Assembly: GCA_043803105.1 (NCBI GenBank)
Contig: JAZDKJ010000002.1
Location: forward strand, 82,554 to 146,553
From: Candidatus Woesearchaeota archaeon
GTDB lineage: Archaea > Nanobdellota > Nanobdellia > Woesearchaeales > JAZDKJ01
DNA length: 64,000 nucleotides
Direction of reading: 5' to 3'
Part shown: piece after piece, positions 50,609-60,570 of the stretch
How positions within the stretch are numbered: the first letter of the stretch is position 1
How the letters are laid out: each line of letters starts with the position of its first letter
Notes under the pieces: model-generated
Database searches by the model: none
The model's input: the letters and a program-made list of their open reading frames with translations, nothing else
What the model was told of the DNA's origin: nothing
Made by a program: the position numbers and the translations under genes

Positions 50609-51436
50609 ATGTCAAAACAGACTGTTGAGACATTGATTGAGGGCGGCAAAGCTACTGCAGCTCCGCCTTTAGGCCCTGCCTTAGGCCCTTTAGGAGTCAA
50701 TATAGGTCAGGTTGTGGCAAAGATCAATGAAGTCACTGCTTCTTTCAAGGGCATGCAAGTCCCTGTCAAGGTCACTGTTGATACTGAAACCAAGAAGTTC
50801 GAAATATCTGTCGGTACACCTCCTGCTTCTTCTCTTGTGAAAAAGGAAGCGGGTGTTGAAAAAGGCGCTGGAAATCCTCTCCAGGACAAGGTTGCTGATT
50901 TGAGGATTGAGCAGATTATCAAGATTGCGATGATGAAGCAACAGGTCCTGCTTGGTAAGTCCTTGAAGGAAAAGGTCAAGGAAATCATAGGTACTTGTAA
51001 TTCTATGGGTGTTCTTGTTGAAGGCAAGCCAGGAAAGGAAGCCATGAGGCTTGTTGAGTCTGGCCAGTTTGATAAGAAGATTGCTTCAGGCAAGACTGAG
51101 CTCACTGCTGAGGAGTTGAAAGAGCTCGATGCAGAGAGGAAGAAGCTTGCTGAAGAGATGAAGTCCAGGCGTGCTGAGTTCGAGGCCAAGGCCAAAGACA
51201 TCATGGCTGGTATGGTTGGCAAGACCAGGGGAGAGATTAAGACCAAGATGGTTGAGGCCCTTATCCCTGACGAAATCATCAAGCAGTTCCTGCCTGTGGA
51301 AGAGAAGAAGGAAGTTGGTGGCAAAGGTGCAGCCCCGGCAAAAGATGCTGGAAAGGGTGCTGCTCCTGCCAAAGGCGCTGCTCCTGCTGCTGAGAAAAAA
51401 GAAGCAGCTAAAGGCGCTGGTAAAGGCAAGAAGTAA
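50609..51436 (+). CDS. rpl11: 50S ribosomal protein uL11 with C-terminal extension
   Basis: GGKATAAPPLGPALGPLGVN, GTCNSMGV; start ATG 50609 after TTTATAAA 50579. Confidence 0.95.
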   Translation: MSKQTVETLIEGGKATAAPPLGPALGPLGVNIGQVVAKINEVTASFKGMQVPVKVTVDTETKKFEISVGTPPASSLVKKEAGVEKGAGNPLQDKVADLRIEQIIKIAMMKQQVLLGKSLKEKVKEIIGTCNSMGVLVEGKPGKEAMRLVESGQFDKKIASGKTELTAEELKELDAERKKLAEEMKSRRAEFEAKAKDIMAGMVGKTRGEIKTKMVEALIPDEIIKQFLPVEEKKEVGGKGAAPAKDAGKGAAPAKGAAPAAEKKEAAKGAGKGKK

Positions 51437-51470
51437 AGCTTTAAATGTTGTAATTGTGTTTCTATTTTCT

Positions 51471-51974
51471 ATGGGGTTGGACTTGCTTATTAGTGAATGG
51501 GATAACACGCATACTAGAACGGCGAACAGCATGGTCATGATGACAAGTCTTGATCCACGACTCTTCCCGCAGCAGAGCTATCCTCAACGCAACCTTGTGC
51601 TAGGTGACAATTGGTTCGCTTTTGTTGATGTAGTGGACTTCAATCTTCCATATACTCCGCTTCAAGGAACAAACGTGACCATTGGCTCTCCTTGTGCATG
51701 CCGTTGCACGCGTTTTTTGACAGGCGACAGGTATGTCCCTCTCGCCCTTATCTTACAATCATTCCAAAAGGCCAACATAACCAACAGACTGGGTGTTTAC
51801 CCACTCTCTGAAGCGAGGCTGCTGGAATCAGGTAAACTTGAAGAAGTCACACAAGATTCTGATAGCACTTTCGAGACATCCTACAATGGGCTTGCGCTGG
51901 TTGTCGTAAAAAAGCCAAATGGGGTAGATGCACAGTCGCACAAACTTAGCAGTGGCGAGACTGTTATGTTTTGA
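51471..51974 (+). CDS. Hypothetical protein
   Basis: Non-overlapping part of the 51171 ORF from ATG 51471. Confidence 0.5.
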   Translation: MGLDLLISEWDNTHTRTANSMVMMTSLDPRLFPQQSYPQRNLVLGDNWFAFVDVVDFNLPYTPLQGTNVTIGSPCACRCTRFLTGDRYVPLALILQSFQKANITNRLGVYPLSEARLLESGKLEEVTQDSDSTFETSYNGLALVVVKKPNGVDAQSHKLSSGETVMF

Positions 51975-51979
51975 ATGGC

Positions 51980-52807
51980 TTATTCTTCGTGCATAACCTC
52001 TTTAAAACGTTTGAATTTTAGTGAGCATGTTTTTTCCAATTCTTTTATTTTCTCTTTTTGGTCTCCTAGCCCTTTCCAATCAAGGATTATCATCTCTACA
52101 GGCTCAACACTTCTTTTTATTGCTTGCACAATCAATTGGCTGTCCAGCTCTTTTAGCGCATATTTTGCGCAAATATGCCCGACAGCATAGTTTGTGCCGG
52201 AAAGTATCCTGTTCGCTAGCTGGTTGTAATGCCCTCCTCCGAGCACCATTACTGTTGGAAAAGTCTCTTCCCTTCGGTCAAGAGTTTTCATTATTGTCTC
52301 AGCGATTATTCTACCAGCCTCCTCATTGCTCCATTGGCTCTCATCGCTGCCTATCTCTATGAAGAAGCATGGCTTGTCTACGAGTGGGCCATGATGCGTT
52401 GCCTCAAGCGTGACTTCATACTGTAAGCCTTTTGCAGCTGTCTGTAGTTCAAGAAGTGCGATTCTAATGACTGATGCCGGCACAATGCAAAGATGGCCAT
52501 CCTGGCCTCCGAGCTCTGCCTTTCCCCAGTTGCCTGGAACGTGGACAGAAAGCGAGTGCTTTCCAGCCTCTGAGCGGTGCTTTGTCGCAAAGACAAAAAG
52601 GTCTGCTTCAATTTGTTTGTCCAGATGTTCGCAGTCTATCGGTTGTTTCGATGGTGTGTATACCCTGCAATCACCCAGGGAATACACCTTTTCTCCTTCA
52701 AATGATTCAGATGTCTCAGCAAAGCCCAGCGCCAGCAATTTTGTCTTAATGTTCTGGCTTGCAGGGTCAGGCTTCGCAGTGATGATCGCAACCTTTTGGA
52801 ATTTCAT
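51980..52807 (-). CDS. dtdA: D-aminoacyl-tRNA deacylase (DTD2/GEK1 type)
   Basis: KHRS, SVHVPGN, EATHHGP, FIEIGS, GGGHY. Confidence 0.93.
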   Translation of the reverse strand: MKFQKVAIITAKPDPASQNIKTKLLALGFAETSESFEGEKVYSLGDCRVYTPSKQPIDCEHLDKQIEADLFVFATKHRSEAGKHSLSVHVPGNWGKAELGGQDGHLCIVPASVIRIALLELQTAAKGLQYEVTLEATHHGPLVDKPCFFIEIGSDESQWSNEEAGRIIAETIMKTLDRREETFPTVMVLGGGHYNQLANRILSGTNYAVGHICAKYALKELDSQLIVQAIKRSVEPVEMIILDWKGLGDQKEKIKELEKTCSLKFKRFKEVMHEE

Positions 52808-52866
52808 GAAGAAAAGTCAACCAATTGAATCTTAAATATGTTTGCAAAAATTAGAAATTTCTTTGA

Positions 52867-53313
52867 TTACCAGCCTGGCAGCTTGCAGTTATCATCTACT
52901 ACCTTTTGCAACCCTTTATCATTCCCAAAAGTCTGATCGATAGTGTCCATGTTCATGGTCCCTTTTGGAAAATAGCATTCAAGATTCATGACATCGTTTA
53001 TTTTCCTCTGGAAATGGCAGGTTTTGTTTACCTGGCCGAGGATTGTCATCTCGATGCTCGTTGTGCCGTCGCTTCCTATCATCTTGGTAGTCACTGGCAA
53101 ACATTGGTTCATCCTGTTTATGAAGCAGAAGGAGTCTTTGGTTTTGCTGCAATCAACCATTGCCATTTCATTTGCAACAGGTGCAACCACATCTTGCTCT
53201 GTGCTGGCCAACCCAGCCTTGTTCTCAACAGTAGGTTTTTCTGTTTGTGCGCATCCGCAAAGGAATAAGGTAGCGGCTAAGATTAAAACAAGAAATTCAA
53301 CTCTCTTTTTCAT
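52867..53313 (-). CDS. Putative lipoprotein with paired cysteines
   Basis: MKKR plus hydrophobic stretch ending LCGC; six further Cys. Confidence 0.7.
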   Translation of the reverse strand: MKKRVEFLVLILAATLFLCGCAQTEKPTVENKAGLASTEQDVVAPVANEMAMVDCSKTKDSFCFINRMNQCLPVTTKMIGSDGTTSIEMTILGQVNKTCHFQRKINDVMNLECYFPKGTMNMDTIDQTFGNDKGLQKVVDDNCKLPGW

Positions 53314-53458
53314 ATGAATCACCCTATTCGCAGATAACGTGTTGCTGATTTATAAAAGTATCCAAGAATAACAGAGTCCCTAATATGTTAAGGATTTGAA
53401 TTATAGCCTTAACAGTAAATATTATAAACAACCTAGAAACCCTTAACACGGTGATATC

Positions 53459-53887
53459 ATGAAAAAACTAACCCAGACAATTACTTTTAAGGCAACTCCG
53501 CATGAGGTTTTTGAATTAATCATGGATTCTAAAAAGCATTCAGCATTTACCGGAGAAAAAGCAGTGACCAGCAGAAAGGTCGGCGGCAAGTTTAAGGCTT
53601 ATGGCAAGTATATTTCTGGCGAAAATCTCGAGATTATAAAGGACAAAAGAATTGTCCAAATCTGGCGTGCCTCAGATTGGCCAAGAGGCATCTATTCCAA
53701 GGTATCTTTTGAATTTGAGAAATCCGGAAAAAATACAAAATTGAAATTTTCGCAGGAAGGCGTGCCAGAGTCACAATATGCAGAGATTAAGGAAGGATGG
53801 TCTGACTTCTATTGGGGGCCTATGAAGAAATTTCTGGAAAAAAAAAGAAAAAAAGGCCTTATCGCCTTCTTATCAGCCAAACTATAA
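53459..53887 (+). CDS. SRPBCC/AHSA1 domain protein
   Basis: ATPHEVF, VGGKF, IVQIWR..DW, EGWSDFYW. Confidence 0.88.
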   Translation: MKKLTQTITFKATPHEVFELIMDSKKHSAFTGEKAVTSRKVGGKFKAYGKYISGENLEIIKDKRIVQIWRASDWPRGIYSKVSFEFEKSGKNTKLKFSQEGVPESQYAEIKEGWSDFYWGPMKKFLEKKRKKGLIAFLSAKL

Positions 53888-54746
53888 ACCAGATTATCGC
53901 TGCAACAACCGCAAACGGCAGTAATGCGAATATTATGTAGAACACTGCGTTTGTGCTGCCTACAAGCGTCCTGATCAGGTCTGAGAACTTGACAAATAAA
54001 AGGTTTGCATACCCAGATTGTTTTTCGTTCAGGCTGACCTGCACCTGGGAATAGTCTACTTGCTGGTCCTTGTTCTTCAGTGAATCTTGCAGGTATTTTA
54101 TTGTTCTTTCCTCGTCAAAAATCCTGTCGTTTATTGTGATCTGGTCTGCAACTATGGTTGCGGTCTTATACATCTCCTTGTATCTTAGAAGCCTTTCCTG
54201 CTCAACCTGCAATTCAATTTCGTTGTTTGTGTACGCGCCAGTAATATCTTGGGTGCTCTCACTAAAAGAAGTCACCTCGCCTATTTCCTTGAGCTGGGCC
54301 ACCAAGGCATCATATTTTGCCTTCTCCACTTTTATTTGGTAATAACCGCTCCTGTAAGCTTTCTTGTCTTCTCCGTATTTGTTCACATTTTCATTCAATA
54401 GATAAGACCCGGAAACAGTCACTATTGCATGCAATTTGTCTTGTGCACTATCAAACTGCCCGTGCTCTGCAGACAATCCCATGCTTGAGGTTTTGATGAG
54501 TTTTCTCTCAGTCACCCCAGGAGCAAAGTCGCTGCTTGGTGTCGGGTAATAAGACTCCCGCATTGCGCTGTAGCCACCACCAGCCGCCATTTGGTCAGAG
54601 ACTTGTGAATAACCTGCTGTTTTTGTCAATGCTCCAAGATTAGAAGAGATGCCTCCAAGGCCACTCATCACCATCAAAACAAGTAGCAGTATGACAATGA
54701 TGAGCCAATTGTCAGTTATTTTACTTAATTGTTGTTTGAATCCCAT
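53859..54746 (-). CDS. DUF4349 domain membrane-anchored protein
   Basis: ERKLIKT, QDITGAY, QVDYSQV; N- and C-terminal TM. Confidence 0.8.
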   Translation of the reverse strand: MGFKQQLSKITDNWLIIVILLLVLMVMSGLGGISSNLGALTKTAGYSQVSDQMAAGGGYSAMRESYYPTPSSDFAPGVTERKLIKTSSMGLSAEHGQFDSAQDKLHAIVTVSGSYLLNENVNKYGEDKKAYRSGYYQIKVEKAKYDALVAQLKEIGEVTSFSESTQDITGAYTNNEIELQVEQERLLRYKEMYKTATIVADQITINDRIFDEERTIKYLQDSLKNKDQQVDYSQVQVSLNEKQSGYANLLFVKFSDLIRTLVGSTNAVFYIIFALLPFAVVAAIIWFIVWLIRRR

Positions 54747-54860
54747 TGTTAATCACCCAAAGGCAGGTTATATATGCTGCAATATAAATATTGTGATAGT
54801 TACAACTTGGCTTGAAGTTAACACTAAAGATTTTTAAACTAATTCCTTTACTCATTGCCC

Positions 54861-55106
54861 ATGGAATATGACCTTGAGCTTAACAGAGTTGTCGCAACCA
54901 TCAAGAAGCAGAAAGCAAAGCTGGTCTGCATCCAGCTGCCTGATGGCTTAAAGCCTTTGGCAGGCAAGATTTCTGATGAGATCTCTGCGAAGACTAAAGC
55001 CAAGGTCTTGATCTGGGCTGGCTCATGTTTTGGCTCTTGCGACCTTCCTCAAGGCTTGGAAAAGCTGGGGGTTGACCTCCTCATTCAGTGGGGGCACTCA
55101 CCTTGA
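54861..55106 (+). CDS. Stand-alone N-terminal domain of diphthamide synthesis protein Dph2/Dph1
   Basis: IQLPDGLK, CFGSCD, LIQWGHS; only 81 aa. Confidence 0.8.
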   Translation: MEYDLELNRVVATIKKQKAKLVCIQLPDGLKPLAGKISDEISAKTKAKVLIWAGSCFGSCDLPQGLEKLGVDLLIQWGHSP

Positions 55107-55999
55107 ACTATATTCTTTTGGCAGCGGCCTCTTCCTTGTGCTTTGCAATAACAAATATCATCGACAAGCATATGGTTTCGAGATGGGTGAAAAAGCCCTT
55201 GACTTTCACAGTGGTGATAAACCTCCTTGAGACAGTCTGGATGCTGGCCTTGATCCTTCCCTGGAGGGGTTTTCATCTCCTACCATTGCCGCTCCTTCTG
55301 ATGTCTCTTGGGTTAGGTGGGTTCTTTACCCTTTATATCTGGCCTTACGTAAAAGCACTGTCCATAGAAGAGGCTTCGCGCGTTATTCCCATATTTCAAC
55401 TCAGCCCTATTTTCGTCTTCTTCCTGTCTATGTTTTTCATCCATGAGTCTCTAACCAGTAAACTTTTGGTAGGCTTTGTCCTGCTTATAGTTGGCGGCTT
55501 TCTGATAAGCCTGAAGTCAATCAGGGGCATTTTTAAGCTCAGCACTGCCTTCTATTTCATGCTGCTTGCAAGTCTTATGTGGGCAGTGATCATGGTCTCG
55601 CAAAAATACCTGTTTGGCCTTGCGGACTTTTTTGACGTCTTTGTCTGGTCAAGAATTGGCGCACTTATGGTAGCTTTGGCTATTCTTCTGTCGTCTTCTG
55701 TGCGCAGGGATTTGTTTTCTATCTTGAGGAAAGCGCCTGTTCGGGTCAAGTCCGTACTAATAGCAAACGAAGGAGTCGCTGTGGCCGCTTTTTTCCTAGG
55801 TGGTCTTGCATTGACTCTTGGCCCTGCATCCATTGTCTCTGCTTTGAACGGCCTGCAACCTCTCTTTGTTCTCGCCATTGCAATAATACTCTCATTGTGG
55901 CTTCCCTCTTTCTTAAAAGAAGACCTTGCCAAGACCAATATTCTCTTGAAGATTGCTGCCATACTCATAATCTTTGCTGGCTTGTGGCTGGTGTACTGA
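55103..55999 (+). CDS. DMT/EamA family transporter
   Basis: NIIDKH, EEASRVIPIFQLSPIF, QPLFV; TTG start inferred from paralog. Confidence 0.85.
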   Translation: MNYILLAAASSLCFAITNIIDKHMVSRWVKKPLTFTVVINLLETVWMLALILPWRGFHLLPLPLLLMSLGLGGFFTLYIWPYVKALSIEEASRVIPIFQLSPIFVFFLSMFFIHESLTSKLLVGFVLLIVGGFLISLKSIRGIFKLSTAFYFMLLASLMWAVIMVSQKYLFGLADFFDVFVWSRIGALMVALAILLSSSVRRDLFSILRKAPVRVKSVLIANEGVAVAAFFLGGLALTLGPASIVSALNGLQPLFVLAIAIILSLWLPSFLKEDLAKTNILLKIAAILIIFAGLWLVY

Positions 56000-56000
56000 G

Positions 56001-56891
56001 ATGAACTACATCTTGTGGTCTTTGCTTGCTGACCTCTTCCTTGCCATAGTCAACATTGTTGACAAGCACATGATTGAGAACTGGTTGCGTAAGCCAGTTA
56101 GTTTTTACATTGTTGTGACTCTCCTTGAGTCGGTCATCTTCTTGATTATCCCTTTTAGGGGGCTTGTTATTCCCTCATTGCCTTTGTTGCTCCTCTGCCT
56201 TTCAGTTGGCGTTGTCTGGGCTGTCTCTGCGTTCCTGTACTTTTCTGCCTTCCAGCAAGAAGAGGCTTCAAGGGTTGTCCCTCTCTTCCAGCTCTCCCCT
56301 ATTTTCGTCCTCGCTTTATCAGCCTTGTTCCTCAGGGAGTCCCTGACTTCAAGGATGCTCGAAGGATTCTTCCTACTTGTCTTTGGCGGCATCCTAATCA
56401 CTTCCAGGCGTTTGAATGGAAAATGGAAAGTCTCAAGGATTTTGTGGATTGCCTTGGCACTCTGCCTTATGCTTGCAACAATAACAACGAGCGAGAAATA
56501 TATCTACTCACAAATCCCTGTTATAGACGGCCTTTTGTGGCTCAGGATTGGGGCCCTTATCCCCATACCTTTCATATTGTCCCAAAGGCGCTACCGTGAA
56601 GAGGTCGCTTCCACCTGGAGAAGGATTCCTGGCACAAGGAAATTTGTGCTGCTTGGAAATGAGCTCCTTACCCTTGCAGGCTACATTGCTGGCTCTTTTG
56701 CTGTTGCCTTAGGTTCACCATCAATAGTCTCCGCTCTTGGAGGCTTTCAGCCTCTGTTTGTCCTTGTCTTTGCCGTCTTGCTATCATTGTGGCTCCCAAA
56801 AGTTTTAAAGGAGGAACTTGCGCCAGGTACTCTGGCAATGAAGTTGCTGGCAATTTTGCTCATGTTTGCAGGTTTATGGTTGGTATACTAA
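56001..56891 (+). CDS. DMT/EamA family transporter (tandem paralog)
   Basis: NIVDKH, EEASRVVPLFQLSPIF, QPLFV; same GLWLVY terminus. Confidence 0.85.
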   Translation: MNYILWSLLADLFLAIVNIVDKHMIENWLRKPVSFYIVVTLLESVIFLIIPFRGLVIPSLPLLLLCLSVGVVWAVSAFLYFSAFQQEEASRVVPLFQLSPIFVLALSALFLRESLTSRMLEGFFLLVFGGILITSRRLNGKWKVSRILWIALALCLMLATITTSEKYIYSQIPVIDGLLWLRIGALIPIPFILSQRRYREEVASTWRRIPGTRKFVLLGNELLTLAGYIAGSFAVALGSPSIVSALGGFQPLFVLVFAVLLSLWLPKVLKEELAPGTLAMKLLAILLMFAGLWLVY

Positions 56892-56892
56892 A

Positions 56893-57342
56893 ATGATTTC
56901 AGACCTACAGTTTTTGTTGGTTGGCGTTGTCTGTTATCTTGGTCTGCTTGCAGGCCTAATCATATCTCTGCTTTCAAAAGAGGAGTTAAAGCCCGGAAGA
57001 AAATATTTTGTCTTGCTGCAGCATGCGATTCTTATTGTCTCTCTTGTCATCTTTCTTTATAGCAATGAGTTGAATATCTTTCTGGTGATAACACTCGGAG
57101 CATTGCTTGCCTTATTGTTGGCCCTCACCTCAAAGGTCAGCCAGAGTATTGTTGCCTATCCATTCATGGCGCTTTTCCTCTCGCTAAGCAGGTATAATTC
57201 AAGCCTCTTCTTTTTGCTTGCCGCATTGGCTTTCCTTTATGGCTTGCCTACAGCAAGCCTCCAAATGGAAAAATCTTATCTCAAGCCTTTCCTCCTAAAC
57301 CTTGGCTTTTTGGTTGTGCTCCTGATTTCTGCCTTGGTCTAG
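56893..57342 (+). CDS. Hypothetical membrane protein
   Basis: Highly hydrophobic 149 aa; EELKPGRKYF. Confidence 0.7.
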   Translation: MISDLQFLLVGVVCYLGLLAGLIISLLSKEELKPGRKYFVLLQHAILIVSLVIFLYSNELNIFLVITLGALLALLLALTSKVSQSIVAYPFMALFLSLSRYNSSLFFLLAALAFLYGLPTASLQMEKSYLKPFLLNLGFLVVLLISALV

Positions 57343-57397
57343 CAAGCTTTATGTAGGATTCAATACAGTATCAACGAGAAGTCCAAAATGATTGACC

Positions 57398-58270
57398 CTA
57401 CACAAAGGATCTGCGCAGGCTTATTCTAGCCCTTTCATAATAGCTTTTTTGAAGCCCGAGTGCCTTCCTGAAACCTTCAGGTAGTTTTGTGCCTTCATTT
57501 GTTTCCAGGCTTGCTATCTTTGCGTCTTCATAACCCAGGCACTCACTGATTTTGGAGTCATTGACCACTAGCCTGTTGATTCTGCTGCCAGTAAGATTGA
57601 TTCTTGCCTCTGTCCTTGTCAGGTCTACCTCTCCTGCTGTTGTGTCAGTGAAGTCAATCAGCAGACCTTTTTTATGTTCTTCAGCATCCATTCCGAGCTG
57701 TCTGTATTTCTCCTTCATCTGTACAGGCAATGCTCTGTCAGAAAGCACAAGCTGCGTCACTCTGCGCGCATAGATTCCCTCTGCAAAAACACCCCTGTAG
57801 CTAATAAAACACCCTACACTCATGTTGTTGTTACACACTTCTTTGATATTGCAGTTTCCCAGGTCCAGATATTGAAGGATTGTTGTGCCGTTCATGTTCA
57901 GCGTCTCGGCTGTGGTATCGGTGATTCTTGCAGAACCATCTATTAGAAGGCCTTCCAAACCCACGTCAGAATATTCTGCCTTTAACCTTGATGCAACCAG
58001 GTCACCTTCAATGCGTGTCTTACTGATTCTCAGCCCACGCAGCCATGTTGAATTGCTCAAAATAATGTTCTTTGCGAACCAAAAGTTATCTACAGACAAT
58101 GGTTGTTCATATACACAATTTCCCAACAGAAGGTTCCCACCCACAAAAACCTGCTTTGGGTCAAACTTTGCCACCTGCTTTAGGTCGTTTGCCCCAAAGT
58201 CTCTGTCAAAAGTGAACATCCTAAAAGGCACCCCTTTGCTGTAAAAATGGTTAATTTTTGTCATGATCAT
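57398..58270 (-). CDS. Hypothetical protein with beta-solenoid-like repeats
   Basis: Recurring I.G.L and L....I spacing. Confidence 0.6.
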   Translation of the reverse strand: MIMTKINHFYSKGVPFRMFTFDRDFGANDLKQVAKFDPKQVFVGGNLLLGNCVYEQPLSVDNFWFAKNIILSNSTWLRGLRISKTRIEGDLVASRLKAEYSDVGLEGLLIDGSARITDTTAETLNMNGTTILQYLDLGNCNIKEVCNNNMSVGCFISYRGVFAEGIYARRVTQLVLSDRALPVQMKEKYRQLGMDAEEHKKGLLIDFTDTTAGEVDLTRTEARINLTGSRINRLVVNDSKISECLGYEDAKIASLETNEGTKLPEGFRKALGLQKSYYERARISLRRSFV

Positions 58271-58342
58271 GTTGTTATGCCATACTTTTTAAAAGTTTGT
58301 GAAGAAAATATAGTGTCGAATCTACAAAAAGATTTAAATGGT

Positions 58343-58990
58343 TTATGCTTTTGTTTTCGCGCTTGTCCTCTCTGCCCAGGCATATCTTTTCATAAGCAAG
58401 GATCCTCCGCGATAAACCCCATACGTGATAAAAAGCGCAGCAAAGACATCAATGCTGTAATGCACATGCATTAACAGAACTGTGCTTGCCATCACTATGG
58501 TTGACACAAGAAAGAATTTTCCCATTTTCTCTTTTCTAAAAATGAGATATCCCAGAAAGGGTAAAGCAGTATGGCCTGAGAAGAACAGGTCATTCCGATA
58601 ATAGAACAGGTTGTACAACTCTGGCACACGGGAAATTATCGCTCCAGCAGGCATGCTCAGGTGCGTGAGTGAAACAAAGAATCCCCTAACTATCAATACA
58701 AGGCTCGCAAGAATGATTACCGTGTGCAGCTTTCTTACCCTGAAGAAAAGCGGATAAAGGAAGAGTGTAAAGACAACAAACATGTATCCGTATACAAGTA
58801 ATGGGGTTAGGTCAACCACTGGAATATGGTCAAGTATCAAATCCTTAGCAGAACCGTCACCTGCCTGGTCTGCATAAGAGCTTGTAAAGTGCAGCACATA
58901 AGCTGCAAGAATCAAGAAGCCAAGGCTTATCAATATCTGCTTCTTGTGAGCCTGTAGCTCCTGCCTCCAGGATATTAACCTCTTATGCAT
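58343..58990 (-). CDS. PAP2-like membrane phosphotransferase (sphingomyelin/IPC synthase-like)
   Basis: DLFFSGHT and HYSIDV motifs, about 6 TM. Confidence 0.8.
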   Translation of the reverse strand: MHKRLISWRQELQAHKKQILISLGFLILAAYVLHFTSSYADQAGDGSAKDLILDHIPVVDLTPLLVYGYMFVVFTLFLYPLFFRVRKLHTVIILASLVLIVRGFFVSLTHLSMPAGAIISRVPELYNLFYYRNDLFFSGHTALPFLGYLIFRKEKMGKFFLVSTIVMASTVLLMHVHYSIDVFAALFITYGVYRGGSLLMKRYAWAERTSAKTKA

Positions 58991-59199
58991 CTACACACCC
59001 AAAAATAATCTTGTATTGAGTAAGCTTTTTCCCCTTTTATACTTTGCGGAATTGTGTTTCATGTGCTGTCGGCCGTCTAGGGGCATTTAAATTATCCAGG
59101 CATTTCAATACAGAATATGAGGTACAAAGCAATCCTGCGTTTTGTTGCAATTGTCCTCACAGTACTATTTGCTTCAAGTTGTGTCCACCCCACCAAGGG

Positions 59200-60570
59200 T
59201 CAAGTACTCCTAAAGAATTCTTCGTCGCCCAATATCCATACCTTACAGCTTTGTAGGAAGACTGTTGACGGTATTTTAATGTTTTCTGGTACGGACCTTG
59301 ACTTGGGCACATTAATTGGCCAGATTTCGCCCAGCAGTCTTTGATATTCTTTTAGTGTTAGGTAGTAGCTCACTTTAACTATGTCAGCGCATTCTTCTCT
59401 CAGTTGGTCAGGGAAGTACTTGTATTTTTGCGGGTTTGCCAGGCTGAAGGTTTGTGGCTCGAGGAAGTCGCTTGCAAGTGTCTCTATCTCTTGGTCTGTG
59501 AATTCGATGAACTCCTTTCTGGATTTGAACTTAAGGCCGAAACTCGAGTCAGCCATTTTTCCAGGGTTCTGTTGTACATCTGCAACATCTGTAATTTTCG
59601 TATAAACTATTCCCCTATCAATATCCACCACTGCGTTGCCAATATGGTTATTGGTTTCTTCCAAGTCATGGCCCCAGCTAAAGCCTGCAGCTGTGAGTCT
59701 TGCCTTTACATTTCCCAGTTCGTAAGCCAATGCATGAAACAGCGAGTCACGATAGAGCCGGCTCTCCTTTCCTAGCTCGTATCGCGTGAAATGATAGATT
59801 AATTCATCCAGTCTTGTGTCTGAGTCTATCTTGAAGGCAGGTACATAGCTGCTTTTTCCACCTAAATGATGGATTCTGCTTCTGACGCAGTCATCCTCTG
59901 ATTTAGGAATTTGCTTGTAGTTACTGTATCTTTGAGGAACAAATACTGTGTCGGCGTCTTCTGTCCTCATCCTAAAGAATTGAAAAGTTGTCCCGTTCTT
60001 GGCTCTGCCTATATTGACCTTGAATAGGGAAGAATATGCCAAGAGTGCATTTGTAAATTCCGTTTTGTTAAGAGGCGTAATGAGAGCTGAGCTCTCACCA
60101 TATTTTTTAGGTTTGTTGAATTTTCGCACAAAGTCCCATATGTCTGCTTTTACGTAAGGATGCATAGACTCCTCAATAAAGTAAGGTGTGCTTGCCAAAC
60201 CCATAAAACCCTTAGCCAATAAAAGCAATGATTTGATGTGTTCGTCTATTGCCTCATCCAAACCACACCACCCTCTGCGGCTCATTTCAGGTGTAATTGT
60301 TCCAAAGGCTATTCCCTTGAGCTTTATGTAGTTGCCTTCCCTGTCGCGTACAATCCCGCTTCGAAATCCGGACGCAAGGCCTATGCCAGTGTCTTCTGTT
60401 GCCATGTCAAGTTTTGTCCCTGTTTCAGCAAGTCTCTCTTCTATTAGCCAAGCCTTTGGTTCACAGTTTCCGCTCTTGACCTTTCTTAATCTTAGCTTTT
60501 CCCGGGGAAAGAATAGTAGATCATCAAATGTGTAGGTGTCAAAGTTCAATAAGTCTTCAGGCTCCATCAA
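59200..60570 (-). CDS. Hypothetical protein with kinase-like/SelO-like motifs
   Basis: IKLKG...E, AGFSWG...HIGN...ITD. Confidence 0.65.
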   Translation of the reverse strand: MMEPEDLLNFDTYTFDDLLFFPREKLRLRKVKSGNCEPKAWLIEERLAETGTKLDMATEDTGIGLASGFRSGIVRDREGNYIKLKGIAFGTITPEMSRRGWCGLDEAIDEHIKSLLLLAKGFMGLASTPYFIEESMHPYVKADIWDFVRKFNKPKKYGESSALITPLNKTEFTNALLAYSSLFKVNIGRAKNGTTFQFFRMRTEDADTVFVPQRYSNYKQIPKSEDDCVRSRIHHLGGKSSYVPAFKIDSDTRLDELIYHFTRYELGKESRLYRDSLFHALAYELGNVKARLTAAGFSWGHDLEETNNHIGNAVVDIDRGIVYTKITDVADVQQNPGKMADSSFGLKFKSRKEFIEFTDQEIETLASDFLEPQTFSLANPQKYKYFPDQLREECADIVKVSYYLTLKEYQRLLGEIWPINVPKSRSVPENIKIPSTVFLQSCKVWILGDEEFFRST

